DNA of 64,000 nt from Candidatus Doudnabacteria bacterium. Lineage in GTDB: Bacteria > Patescibacteriota > Doudnabacteria > UBA920 > 2-01-FULL-46-14. Below are positions 22,454 to 31,843 of the stretch, piece after piece (position 1 is the stretch's first letter; the number at the start of each line of letters is the position of its first letter). A program made the position numbers and the translations under genes. The notes under the pieces were generated by a model, which did not search any database, had not been told where the DNA came from, and saw nothing but the letters and a program-made list of their open reading frames with translations. The stretch covers positions 73,904 to 137,903 of the forward strand of contig JBGQGB010000001.1 of assembly GCA_041497195.1 (NCBI GenBank), in the 5' to 3' direction.

Positions 22454-23085
22454 TTCGTAAATTTGAAAGAATTCAGAATCTGCGTCAGCTTGGACCAGAC
22501 TTTTATTTTGTCCACCTCCGTGACCGAGCCGGCAGTGTAATTCCCTATGTTTCCGGTGTGAATCGTCAGCATGATTTCAAAACACGTGTCGCCGCGCTCC
22601 CCTCGGTATACGCGCGATTCATAGAGATTGCCAGCCCCTGCGTCGCTCACCTTCACAAAAGTAAATGGATTTCCGCTGATTTGCACCTGCTTGGCATCCC
22701 CTGAGGGCGGCACAGTAAATTGGGAGGTGCAATTGAGCGGCGACAGTCTAGCGCTGTTGACCGTGAAAAGAGCCTCCACCAAATTGGTTTTGGGATAGAG
22801 CTCTCGCGGAAAACTGACTTGTGCAAGTTGAGCCACCACAGCGCCGTCAAAAAAAGTTATAGTCGGCTCTTCCAAAACCGAGGCTTCGGGATATTGGAAA
22901 GAAAAACCGTAGCCTTGGTCTGCATAAGTTTTCGTGGTGTCAAAAACGCGCGGCTTGTCCGGATATAGAATCAGTACAGTATCAAACGGCCAGTATTGAT
23001 AAGTATACGCCCAGGCCAGATAGCCGACGATGAACGCGGCTACCAGAATGACGCTGAACCACACGCTAAAACGAATATGCTTCAT
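22450..23085 (-). CDS. Membrane-anchored hypothetical protein, one YGFSFxYP-type domain (paralog)
   Basis: MKHIRFSVWFSVILVAAFIVGYLAWAYTYQYWPFDTVLILYPDK, then YGFSFQYPEASV. 4-nt overlap with the downstream paralog. Confidence 0.5.
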   Translation of the reverse strand: MKHIRFSVWFSVILVAAFIVGYLAWAYTYQYWPFDTVLILYPDKPRVFDTTKTYADQGYGFSFQYPEASVLEEPTITFFDGAVVAQLAQVSFPRELYPKTNLVEALFTVNSARLSPLNCTSQFTVPPSGDAKQVQISGNPFTFVKVSDAGAGNLYESRVYRGERGDTCFEIMLTIHTGNIGNYTAGSVTEVDKIKVWSKLTQILNSFKFTK

Positions 23086-23221
23086 GATCAGGATTTTATC
23101 CTTGCTTAGACAGTTTTCAATTTATAGGTATTTACCAACCAGCCGGTCAATTTTCAATTAATCCAAGACGACCCAATATATTGCCTCCCCAATTCTTTGG
23201 GACTCCAGTCGGGCTTGCAAA

Positions 23222-23437
23222 TTATTTCTTGTGGTAAATCGCCCCGAGCTTCAGCCAGATGGCAATATACAAGAGTCCAGAACCGGCATAGTAAAAATCT
23301 TTGTGGTTAAACCTGCCAAAAGGATGGCCTTGCCAAAGGGCGATCAAAGCCACAACGTACAAAATCACTCCCACAAAGCCCGTTATGATGCTCCACCTCG
23401 TTAAAGTTTTTGGATCCATTTCGTCCATTTCTCTCAC
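23222..23437 (-). CDS. Small two-TM membrane protein
   Basis: 71 aa with two hydrophobic helices. Sits between tkt-N and the paralog pair. Confidence 0.3.
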   Translation of the reverse strand: MREMDEMDPKTLTRWSIITGFVGVILYVVALIALWQGHPFGRFNHKDFYYAGSGLLYIAIWLKLGAIYHKK

Positions 23438-23446
23438 CCCCTTTCA

Positions 23447-24316
23447 CTATTCATGTTCGCTCTTAATTTTCCCGCGCAATGTCCTCAATTCTTTCAAGGC
23501 AATTTTTGCTTGCTCGGCATTGGGCGGCACTCCATGCCAGTGGTAATTCTGCTCCATGAAATCCACACCCTTGCCCGGTACAGTATGCGCCACGATCATC
23601 ACTGGTTTCTCGTAGATGCCGTAGGCTTGGTTGCAAGCCTCTACCACCTGGCGGATGTTGTTCCCGTCGATCTCGATGACGTGCCAGTTGAAAGATTCCA
23701 GTTTGGCCCGTAGCGGCTCCAGCGGCATGATGTCTTCGGTAAACCCATCGATTTGGATATTGTTCCGATCAATGATGCCCGTCAGATTGTCGAGCTTGTT
23801 TTTGCCGGCGAACATCAGCGCTTCCCAGGGCTGCCCTTCGTCCAGCTCCCCGTCCGAAAGGCCGCAAAAAATCTGGTATTTTTTCCCGTCCATCTTCGCC
23901 GCCAGGGCCATGCCGATCGCCTGTGACAGCCCCTGCCCCAAAGGTCCGCCCGAATTCTCCACCCCCGGAGTGCTCAAGTTGTGCGGATGCCCTTGCATGC
24001 GACTGTTGATTTTCCGCAGAGTCGTGACAAATTCCTTGCGGGGAAAAAAGCCCCTATGCGCCAGGGTAGCGTACCAGACCGGGTTGATATGCCCGTTGGA
24101 GAGACAAAACCGATCCCGGTCCGGCCACCGCGGCTGCGTCGGACGAACGTTCAAAACATGAAAATACAAAGCGACAAAAACTTCCACCATGCCCAAGGGC
24201 CCGGCCGAGTGGCCGGAACCGGCGTTCAAAAGCGCCTTGATGATATCCTGTCTGATATCATTGGCGGTTTTTTCGAGTTTTTTAACCTTGGTTTCGTGGA
24301 TTTCTTCGCCTATCAT
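23447..24316 (-). CDS. tkt: Transketolase, N-terminal (TPP-binding) subunit
   Basis: GSGHSAGPLGMVE and SNGH motifs, GDG...N TPP/Mg motif, 289 aa. Confidence 0.85.
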   Translation of the reverse strand: MIGEEIHETKVKKLEKTANDIRQDIIKALLNAGSGHSAGPLGMVEVFVALYFHVLNVRPTQPRWPDRDRFCLSNGHINPVWYATLAHRGFFPRKEFVTTLRKINSRMQGHPHNLSTPGVENSGGPLGQGLSQAIGMALAAKMDGKKYQIFCGLSDGELDEGQPWEALMFAGKNKLDNLTGIIDRNNIQIDGFTEDIMPLEPLRAKLESFNWHVIEIDGNNIRQVVEACNQAYGIYEKPVMIVAHTVPGKGVDFMEQNYHWHGVPPNAEQAKIALKELRTLRGKIKSEHE

Positions 24317-24328
24317 GCCGCTACGGAA

Positions 24329-24982
24329 TTATGAATTTCGCAGTATTTCTAAAAACTGATAAATAGTCTGCTTCGGATCCGGCGTCTGCCAAATGCCGGA
24401 GCCAACATTGACTTTGTCCGCCCCCTGAGCGACTACCATCTCGACGTTTGCGAGCTTTAGGCCCCCGTCCACTTCAATTATGACATTTTGATGTTTCTCG
24501 CGTAAAGCTTTGACCCGCCCGAGCGTTTCCGGGACAAACACAGCTCCCTGGAAGCCCGGGTGCACGCCCATAATCAGGGTTTCATCGAGTACTGGCATGA
24601 ACGCATCGAAAATTCCCGTATCAGTATTGGGATTGATTGCCAGGCCGCAGCGCATCCCCACGTGCTTCGCATTCAGGAGCGCGGCGCTGACCTCCTGGTC
24701 ATTGTGGAAGCTTTCATAGTGAATAAAAACGGTTTTCACCCCCAACCGCTCCAAGTCATGAAAATATTGCTGCGGCTGCTGCACCATCAAGTGGGCTTCC
24801 AGATTTAGCCTGGTCGAAATCGGGCCGATAGCTTGCGGTACCGCCAGTTCGTTTGGTACAAATTTGCCGTCCGCAAAGTCTATCTGAACATCCTGCAACT
24901 CGGCGATACTCTCCAAAAATCGGATCTTCTCGAGAACCTCATCAGCCTGTTTGGTTAAAATGGAGGGAATGAGTTTTGCCAT
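24329..24982 (-). CDS. rpe: Ribulose-phosphate 3-epimerase
   Basis: SILTKQ N-terminus, HLMV, MGVHPGFQGA, EVDGG motifs. Confidence 0.9.
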   Translation of the reverse strand: MAKLIPSILTKQADEVLEKIRFLESIAELQDVQIDFADGKFVPNELAVPQAIGPISTRLNLEAHLMVQQPQQYFHDLERLGVKTVFIHYESFHNDQEVSAALLNAKHVGMRCGLAINPNTDTGIFDAFMPVLDETLIMGVHPGFQGAVFVPETLGRVKALREKHQNVIIEVDGGLKLANVEMVVAQGADKVNVGSGIWQTPDPKQTIYQFLEILRNS

Positions 24983-24985
24983 TGG

Positions 24986-25432
24986 TTATGCCCTTTTTTC
25001 AATTTCTAAAATCTCTTGCAAGCGCCGTTTGAAACGCGGCTCTGTGCCAAAAGACATATCCAAAAACAACTGCGCAATTTTTTCAACATCCTCGTAAACC
25101 TGGTAATCAGCCCCCAGGCACAAGACATTGGCATTGTCGTCGTTGCGAATTGCTTTGGCCATGGACTCGTCCCAGGCTTGAGCGGCTCTGATCCCTTTGA
25201 TTTTATTGGCCACGATGCACACGCCCGCCCCGGACCGGCACACCAAAATCCCACGGTTATTGGGGTCCTCAGCGGCCTTGACCCCCACCTTTTCGCCTAT
25301 CAGCGGATAATCGTCGTTTGCGTCTTCCGCGTGCGCCCCCAGGTCAGTAACCTGGTAACCACGGCTCGTCAGATAATCCTTGAGTCTGTTTTTATATTTG
25401 TACCCGCCGTGATCCGCCCCTAGATATATCAT
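24986..25432 (-). CDS. rpiB: Ribose-5-phosphate isomerase B
   Basis: IYLGADHGG N-terminus, catalytic Cys (LVCRSGAGVCI), 148 aa. Confidence 0.85.
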   Translation of the reverse strand: MIYLGADHGGYKYKNRLKDYLTSRGYQVTDLGAHAEDANDDYPLIGEKVGVKAAEDPNNRGILVCRSGAGVCIVANKIKGIRAAQAWDESMAKAIRNDDNANVLCLGADYQVYEDVEKIAQLFLDMSFGTEPRFKRRLQEILEIEKRA

Positions 25433-25450
25433 AAATTTAAAAATTAATTA

Positions 25451-26197
25451 TTACAAAGAGAAGCTTTTGACGATCTGCAAAAAATCCGCAGCCCGCAGCG
25501 AGGCCCCGCCGACCAACCCTCCCTGAATTGCTTTTTTCGCGGCAAAAGCGGGAGCATTGCGCCCATCCAGGCTGCCGCCGTAAATGACCTTGGCCTTGGG
25601 TAACAGCGAATGAATACGCCCAATCACCTCGGACGCATGCTCCGGTGTGACGGCTTTGCCATTCCCCAGGCCCTTGCTGATGGCCCATACCGGCTCGTAA
25701 GCTATGACCACTTTGGCTTTTTTCAGAGCCAGCCCTGACAAACCCGCGCGTAACTGGCGCTCCACCACTGATTTGATCGCAGTCAGGCTCGAGGTTTTCT
25801 TGGTGCCCCAGCCCACGCACAAAATCGGCTGAAGTTTGTTTTGCAGCGCCACTTTGACTTTGCGATTGATGAGCTCATCATCCTCCCCCAAAGCACGCCT
25901 CTCGGAATGGCCGATGATAGCATGGGTAACCCGGAATTCCCGCACTTGGACGGCGGAGATCTCACCCGTGAACGGCCCGGCCGCTTCGGCGGAAATGGTT
26001 TGCACGCCCAGACGCAAAAAGTAAGTATGGTGCTGCAGCACTGGTAAAAAAACAAAAGGCGGACAAATTACTGTTTCTACTTTGCCGCGGTCAATCCCGA
26101 CTGTCCCCAGCTCCACCTGGCTGGCCAAAGTACGGGCGTCTTCGACGGTTTGGGGATTGAGTTTCCAATTTGCGACTACCAGATTTGCCATAAACAA
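25451..26197 (-). CDS. tpiA: Triosephosphate isomerase
   Basis: VANWKLN N-terminus, AYEPVWAI, IYGGS motifs. Confidence 0.9.
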   Translation of the reverse strand: MFMANLVVANWKLNPQTVEDARTLASQVELGTVGIDRGKVETVICPPFVFLPVLQHHTYFLRLGVQTISAEAAGPFTGEISAVQVREFRVTHAIIGHSERRALGEDDELINRKVKVALQNKLQPILCVGWGTKKTSSLTAIKSVVERQLRAGLSGLALKKAKVVIAYEPVWAISKGLGNGKAVTPEHASEVIGRIHSLLPKAKVIYGGSLDGRNAPAFAAKKAIQGGLVGGASLRAADFLQIVKSFSL

Positions 26198-26204
26198 CTG
26201 AAAG

Positions 26205-27200
26205 CTAATGGAAAAATTTCGCCGCTTTTTCGGGCGCCATCACATTTACATAAACTTCGGTGCCGAGTTCAAAACCGGCCCAGACATTGACCCGGGGAAG
26301 AATGACGATATGCCAATGATAACTTTTGCTGTCATCATGGGTTTTCGACTCAGACACGCCGGCGTCAGGAATAGTATGAATGTAAAAATTGTAGGCGGGG
26401 TTGCGCATCCGTTCATGCAAGCGCAGAAAAACGTCCTTCATAGTCTGGGCCAAAGCCTGTCTCTCGGAAATGGTAATGTCCTGGAAGGATGGCCGATGTT
26501 TTTTGGGCAATATGTGCATTTCAAAAGGCATCTTTGACGCATAGGGTGCTACGACAAGAAAATCGGGGTTGTCCAGGACCACCCGCTCCAGGAAACGCTG
26601 CTCGTACAAAATAGTCTCGCAGTAGACGCAGGAGCCGTTGATCGAAAAAAAGTTTCGGGTCCCACGCAATTCATCGGCTATTCGCTCGGGCAAAAACGGA
26701 ATTGCAAAAATCTGAGAATGCGGATGCAAAATGGAAGCACCCGCCTGCACCCCGTGATTCTGGATGATGTGAATATAACGAACCTCATCGTGCTGTTTGA
26801 GTTCGGCGATCCGATCAATATAAACTTTCAGGGTCAGATCAACGAGGTCGGTATCCTGCAAAGCCAAGGGTTTGTTGTGCCACCTCGTGATGACCACTTC
26901 GTGATCCCCAATCCCGGGTCGGCTGACATAGAAATCCTCCTGCCGTTTGCCCAGCACGTGACCGACGGCTTCGTATTTATTCGGGATCACGCGAATGAGC
27001 CACGGTCCCTTGCTAGGATACAGGGTGATTTCCCCCACGGCCTGATGCTCGTTGCCGGGGCAAAAAGCGCAGTTTGCTGCAACCTCCGGCAGATTCGGCG
27101 GGGTGGCTGGCAGCTCCTGAAAATCCGAAGGGCGTTTGGCCCGGGATTCCGCGATCAAAACCCAATTTTTATTGACGATATCTTGGCGAAATTCAGACAT
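26205..27200 (-). CDS. galT: Galactose-1-phosphate uridylyltransferase (HIT family)
   Basis: CAFCPGNE zinc motif, HPHSQ active-site His motif. Confidence 0.8.
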   Translation of the reverse strand: MSEFRQDIVNKNWVLIAESRAKRPSDFQELPATPPNLPEVAANCAFCPGNEHQAVGEITLYPSKGPWLIRVIPNKYEAVGHVLGKRQEDFYVSRPGIGDHEVVITRWHNKPLALQDTDLVDLTLKVYIDRIAELKQHDEVRYIHIIQNHGVQAGASILHPHSQIFAIPFLPERIADELRGTRNFFSINGSCVYCETILYEQRFLERVVLDNPDFLVVAPYASKMPFEMHILPKKHRPSFQDITISERQALAQTMKDVFLRLHERMRNPAYNFYIHTIPDAGVSESKTHDDSKSYHWHIVILPRVNVWAGFELGTEVYVNVMAPEKAAKFFH

Positions 27201-27207
27201 GTTTCTT

Positions 27208-27717
27208 TTAAAATTTCACGCTGCTTAAGATTCGTTCAAATTTCCGCGCTTGTCCAGCAATATAATAAAGCTTGCTGCCGACCGGCACCAGCACGATATT
27301 GCTGGTAGCTGGATCGTTTGGATTCTTGCCTATGAGCCACGCGCCAGAATAACCGTCTACGACCACTGGTTTTTCCGATGATATCAAAAGTGAACTCCTG
27401 ATGATTTTCTCAAACTTCGGATCAAGGACAAAAATAGAAATATTCTCGGAGTTATTGTTCGGATTTTGCAAAGACACGGTCTGGGCAATTTCCGGATCTG
27501 TTTCGATTTGCCACGACCCCGGATAAACTACGGACACGCCCAAAGTTTTCGAATGATAAGTCTTCCAGAGCACGGAGCCCGGCGCCGTCATGGCGGAGGC
27601 TTGTTCGTCCAAATCATTGACTGTTTTGGAAATGGAAAAAAGCAAAAAAAGACCAATCGCCAAAATAATGGAAATGGTCCAGAAAAACCAACGGTTGGGA
27701 TGAATGACGCGAAGCAT
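27208..27717 (-). CDS. Membrane-anchored hypothetical protein with a YGFSFxYP-type domain
   Basis: N-terminal TM helix, then LGVSVVYPGSWQIE, the same motif family as the 21248..23085 paralogs. Confidence 0.45.
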   Translation of the reverse strand: MLRVIHPNRWFFWTISIILAIGLFLLFSISKTVNDLDEQASAMTAPGSVLWKTYHSKTLGVSVVYPGSWQIETDPEIAQTVSLQNPNNNSENISIFVLDPKFEKIIRSSLLISSEKPVVVDGYSGAWLIGKNPNDPATSNIVLVPVGSKLYYIAGQARKFERILSSVKF

Positions 27718-27740
27718 AAATTTTTGTCTTACGAAGATTT

Positions 27741-28154
27741 TTATTTTCTCAAGGACCGCAAAAAGGTTTCTAGGATAACCAAGGCGCTCATGCTATCGAT
27801 CTCTGACCTCCGGGCTTTTCCTCCGCCCTCGCGGAGTTTCCGTTCGGCTTCCTGGGTGGTCAATCGTTCGTCCCAATACTTCACCGGCATCTGCGGAAAT
27901 CGTTTCTCCAAGCGAGCACCGAAGCGCTGCACTGCCTCAGTCTGCGCCGTAGTCGTTCCTTTCATTGCCAGCGGCAAACCCAAGATAATCTGCTCGACTT
28001 CTTCCTGAGCAATGAGGTCAGTGAGGGCTCGCAGAACCTGCTTTTCGCTCCGGACTTCGAGGGCGGGCAGGATCCTCACTATGGTTTTTGTTTCATCCGA
28101 GAGCGCCAGCCCGATGCGCCTGCTGCCAAAATCAACAGCTAAAAATCTGGACAT
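27741..28154 (-). CDS. ruvX: Putative pre-16S rRNA nuclease / Holliday-junction-resolvase-like YqgF (RuvX)
   Basis: LAVDFGSRRIGLALSD N-terminus, RNase H-like fold, 137 aa. Confidence 0.8.
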   Translation of the reverse strand: MSRFLAVDFGSRRIGLALSDETKTIVRILPALEVRSEKQVLRALTDLIAQEEVEQIILGLPLAMKGTTTAQTEAVQRFGARLEKRFPQMPVKYWDERLTTQEAERKLREGGGKARRSEIDSMSALVILETFLRSLRK

Positions 28155-28157
28155 TTA

Positions 28158-29486
28158 TCATTGTGCTTCCCCGAGCGTTACTGATACTGTTTTTTCTTTG
28201 TTTTTGCTCAAAACTTTCAGCGTCACCCGATCACCGGGATTATGATTGCGCAGCAAGTCTGACAAAACGTTGTCCTGGGTGATTTTGGTGCCATCCAATT
28301 CGAGGATGATGTCATTCTCCAGCAATCCAGCTTTATCCGCCGGGCTGCCAGGTACGACCGCTGTATCCTGAGGATTGTCCCCGCGAACGATCCAGGCGCC
28401 GTAGTTGACTGTCAATTTGTTGGCTGAAGCGACGTCATCCGTGACGATCGTGTACCGGACCCCGAGGAAAGCCCGCCTGACCTTGCCGTACTGCTTAACG
28501 TCGCTGATGACTGTTTTTACCTGGTCAATTGGTATGGCAAAACCGATGAGCTGAGCCGACTGGTTGACCGCGGTATTGACGCCGATGACCTCGCCGGACA
28601 GATTCAAGAGCGGCCCGCCGGAATTGCCCGGGTTGATGGCCGCATCAGTCTGAATGACTTCGGAGAGCGTCTCCGGCTGATTGCCGCCTTTGGCGGTGAC
28701 AGTCCGGCCGATACCGGACACCACGCCGGTCGTGACCGTATTTTGAAACTGACCCAAAGCGTTGCCGATGGCGATAACCCGCTGGCCGAGCTTTAAATTT
28801 GTGGAATCCCCGAGGATGACAGTGGGCAAACCGGTCGCGTCGATTTTCAAAACTGCCAGGTCATTGAAAGGATCGGTGGCCACGATTTTGGCCTGGTATT
28901 TTTTGCCGTCCTTGGTAACTGCCGTATAGTCGGCGGTGGCATCCTCGACCACATGCTTGTTGGTCACAATCATGCCGTCAGAGGAGACGAAAAAACCGGA
29001 ACCGGCGCCGATGTTTTGTTTCTGCGTCTGACCGCTCGGCGAAGGCACCTGCAAATAAAATCCGCCGAACGGAGAACCGATTTGCTCGTATTTCGGCAAA
29101 TCTTTGCTGATGACTATGGACACGACCGCAGGATTGACTTTGTCCACGGCAGTAATCACGGCTGATTCTTCATCCAAAACAATCTGCTTGTTCGAAACAG
29201 TGCCGACCTGCTGGCCGGGAACTAGACGCAAAACATTTTGCTGATACCAGGGTGCCACGTACACTGCCCCGACCACTCCCCCGACCAGACCCAAAAACAA
29301 ACCAAACACCGCGCTGGTGGTGAGCATTTGCGAAGACAGGGTTTGCTGCTGCCTGTGCTCTGCTAGGTCTGAGGTAATTGCCGGTTTCAGAGGCGATTCT
29401 TGCTCGATTCTATCGGACTTCTGCTCCTCAATATCATCAAGCATTTGATTTTTCTTTCGAGTAGCCATAAACCAATTTGACTGCAA
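28158..29486 (-). CDS. htrA: HtrA/DegP-family serine protease with C-terminal PDZ
   Basis: N-terminal TM helix. Trypsin-like triad with GNSGGPLLN, followed by a PDZ domain. Confidence 0.85.
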   Translation of the reverse strand: MQSNWFMATRKKNQMLDDIEEQKSDRIEQESPLKPAITSDLAEHRQQQTLSSQMLTTSAVFGLFLGLVGGVVGAVYVAPWYQQNVLRLVPGQQVGTVSNKQIVLDEESAVITAVDKVNPAVVSIVISKDLPKYEQIGSPFGGFYLQVPSPSGQTQKQNIGAGSGFFVSSDGMIVTNKHVVEDATADYTAVTKDGKKYQAKIVATDPFNDLAVLKIDATGLPTVILGDSTNLKLGQRVIAIGNALGQFQNTVTTGVVSGIGRTVTAKGGNQPETLSEVIQTDAAINPGNSGGPLLNLSGEVIGVNTAVNQSAQLIGFAIPIDQVKTVISDVKQYGKVRRAFLGVRYTIVTDDVASANKLTVNYGAWIVRGDNPQDTAVVPGSPADKAGLLENDIILELDGTKITQDNVLSDLLRNHNPGDRVTLKVLSKNKEKTVSVTLGEAQ

Positions 29487-29569
29487 AACTTACTCAACAT
29501 TATAACAAAATAATGCTAAAAAATCAAAAAACGCCCCGGTGCCTAAACAAAGGACGTTTTTTGAGAAAT

Positions 29570-29908
29570 CTAACGCTTGGTAGTACTCAGTTGTTTCTTG
29601 ATAGCGACCCAGTGGCCTTTCAATTCTCGCAATGCCTGGCGAAACTCCCGACTGTCGACATGTTTGAGGGCCTCCAAGTGGGCGTCAAAATCTCCGGCCA
29701 ATTTAGCGTACGTCTTGGCTTGCGCGGCCTGCAACCTATGAGCCGTTTTTTTGATCTGCAGACCGACTTTTTTGGCGCCGCTACTGATTTTGGCGCGATT
29801 TTTCTCGCCGCGTTTACCGGTCAAATAATACGCCCCGGCCACGGCTGCTGCCGCGGCAGCAGCTATCCCTAATTTGAGGCCAGACTTCGATTTTTTTTGC
29901 TTGGCCAT
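29570..29908 (-). CDS. YtxH-like protein
   Basis: Ala/Gly-rich N-terminal helix followed by KRGEKNRAK, as in the YtxH family. 112 aa. Confidence 0.4.
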   Translation of the reverse strand: MAKQKKSKSGLKLGIAAAAAAAVAGAYYLTGKRGEKNRAKISSGAKKVGLQIKKTAHRLQAAQAKTYAKLAGDFDAHLEALKHVDSREFRQALRELKGHWVAIKKQLSTTKR

Positions 29909-29927
29909 ATGTTCGTTTGGGTTAAGG

Positions 29928-30197
29928 TTACTTGGACTTGGAATCGCGGGAAAAAATCTTCTTGCCGAATTTCACCAGCGGCTTCAGCTTGACGCCCTCT
30001 TTGCGGATCTCGTCTCTCAAATCGTCCATGTCCTGAGCGATGGCCTCGGTCTCGTCTTTGACTTTGCGTGAAATGCCTTTGAGGTCTTTGAGGATAGCGG
30101 CGACATAAGCCAAAATAATCGCAAACAACACGGAAATGACAATGACCGCGATCGTGGTGACAAAAAAGAAAATGTCCGCGTGGATGAGTTCGTTCAC
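29928..30197 (-). CDS. DUF948-like small membrane protein
   Basis: N-terminal TM helix plus a charged coiled coil. Adjacent to a YtxH-like gene, which is a common pairing. Confidence 0.4.
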   Translation of the reverse strand: MNELIHADIFFFVTTIAVIVISVLFAIILAYVAAILKDLKGISRKVKDETEAIAQDMDDLRDEIRKEGVKLKPLVKFGKKIFSRDSKSK

Positions 30198-30231
30198 ACA
30201 TTTATTCTAGCATACTTTCGCCCCCAAAGCC

Positions 30232-30909
30232 TTACTCCCGTGGCCCGCCATGATGGACGTGGCCGGGAAGATAATGATCCAGGCGCGAAGGCAAAATGTA
30301 ATAGATTGGCACCAGCGCGTAGATGACGAGGCTGATGTAGGGGTGCCACAAGCTCGCGAGGATTGCCATGACGTAAAGCGCGGGGGCCAAAAGCATCTGG
30401 AACCGGGCCAGACGCTGCAGGTCAGCGGGCAGGATTTCACCACCCATCACCAGCTTGTGCCGCAGAGCGTATTCCCAATTGGCATACAAAGCTATTCCGG
30501 CGATGATAAGATTGAGCCCATAAATGCCGATAGCGAGTTTGAGATGCGAGTAATGCCCCAGCAACGCGGCGGAAAAAGGAATAAAGCTGATGAATAAATA
30601 AAAGAAAATATTGATCCATAACGACGGCCGGTTGGAGCGGACAATGTAATGAAACTGGAGCCGATGGCCGGTCCAAAAAATCCCCAGAATCACGAAACTC
30701 AAAAAGAAGCTCACGAAATTGGGCCACAGTCCTTGCAAAGCGGACCACAGCGCCCGGCTGTTCACGGCACCCGTGAGCTGGGGCACGACCAGGTTCAAAA
30801 CCAGTAAAGTCATGACAATCGCAAAAATCCCATCCCCTAAAGTCTCGATCCGGTTGGTATCGAGATCGCGCTGAGAATTGTACTCAAAGTTTGGGTTTTG
30901 TTCAGGCAT
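30232..30909 (-). CDS. TMEM175 / DUF1211-family putative K+ channel
   Basis: RIETLGDGIFAIVMTLLVL matches the RxExFSDGVFAIAITLLVL signature of helix 1. Six TM helices. Confidence 0.65.
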   Translation of the reverse strand: MPEQNPNFEYNSQRDLDTNRIETLGDGIFAIVMTLLVLNLVVPQLTGAVNSRALWSALQGLWPNFVSFFLSFVILGIFWTGHRLQFHYIVRSNRPSLWINIFFYLFISFIPFSAALLGHYSHLKLAIGIYGLNLIIAGIALYANWEYALRHKLVMGGEILPADLQRLARFQMLLAPALYVMAILASLWHPYISLVIYALVPIYYILPSRLDHYLPGHVHHGGPRE

Positions 30910-30957
30910 AAACGCTCGATAAGTGCCCTAAAATCAAACCTGCTGTCCTCACTATAC

Positions 30958-30985
30958 CAAAAAATCGGCGGCAAGCCGATTTTTT
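30958..30985. terminator. Bidirectional intrinsic terminator
   Basis: aaaaaATCGGCggcaaGCCGATttttt: a 6-7 bp stem flanked by an A-run and a T-run, between two minus-strand genes. Confidence 0.55.
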
Positions 30986-31017
30986 GAAAGTAAACCCGAG
31001 AATAACTAAGCAATAAT

Positions 31018-31683
31018 TTACTTGCACTGCAGGGCGGCCAGACACTGCGCTCTCTGATCTGCAGCGACATTGTTGCAAGCAGCGCACTGCAAAGCCTTCA
31101 TATCCTGCGGCGAGGGCGGCGGGCTGCCCGGTGTGGGTGCTGGTGGCGTGCCCTGCGGCATCATGCTGGCGGTGTCAGTGAAGTTCACTCCGGCCGGCAA
31201 GTTGAATTTGGCAGAATCAACCGACCAGGAGGAGCACTTGTAATCCAGCTTACGGTTCGCATCCGCGGCCGCTGAATTCTGAGTGGCACCGCCCTGGCCC
31301 GTGGACATAATCACCTTGTAGCCAGTGCTCTGTCCCTCCATCCAGGTGTAAGCCGTGGTTCCATCGCTGATCATATGAGATGAGACATTCGTGCCATTGG
31401 CATTAGCCATGAAATCCCCGCGCATTTTCCCGCCCCCCACGTAAATGGTGCCGTTTGTAACCGCACCGCTGGTATCGTCAGCAAAAGTACACTGCTGGCT
31501 TTTCCCGGCCGCAAATAGGTCTGTGATGGACTGCGGCCCTGCAGTCTGGCTTTGCGGAGTCTGCGTGTTTGTGTTAGTGCCTGTCCCCGGAGCTTGCGCT
31601 GTTTGCGTGCGGGACTTGAGGGAGAAATAGCCGCCGACTATGACCAGAATAGCGACTAGTACCCAAGCGAGCTTTTTGTTCAT
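31018..31683 (-). CDS. Secreted hypothetical protein with Cys-rich C-terminus
   Basis: Signal/TM helix, Thr/Gln-rich linker, C-terminal CAACNNVAADQRAQCLAALQCK. Confidence 0.4.
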   Translation of the reverse strand: MNKKLAWVLVAILVIVGGYFSLKSRTQTAQAPGTGTNTNTQTPQSQTAGPQSITDLFAAGKSQQCTFADDTSGAVTNGTIYVGGGKMRGDFMANANGTNVSSHMISDGTTAYTWMEGQSTGYKVIMSTGQGGATQNSAAADANRKLDYKCSSWSVDSAKFNLPAGVNFTDTASMMPQGTPPAPTPGSPPPSPQDMKALQCAACNNVAADQRAQCLAALQCK

Positions 31684-31843
31684 AATTTGTGTCTCTAAAA
31701 ATTAATATTACTTTGTCCTCATCATATCGCTTTCCGGCTTTTCTGGGAAGTCAGTTTTCCCTATTGCTTGCGCAGGCTCTCCCACAACCCCAGGAGATTG
31801 CCTTCACTATCCTCAAAATAGGCAGTATAACCCATGTCCCCGA

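Noticed and set aside
29487-29569. Possible terminator upstream of htrA
   Set aside because: It has a T run, but the stem is A/T-rich and weak. That is not convincing enough to list as a feature.
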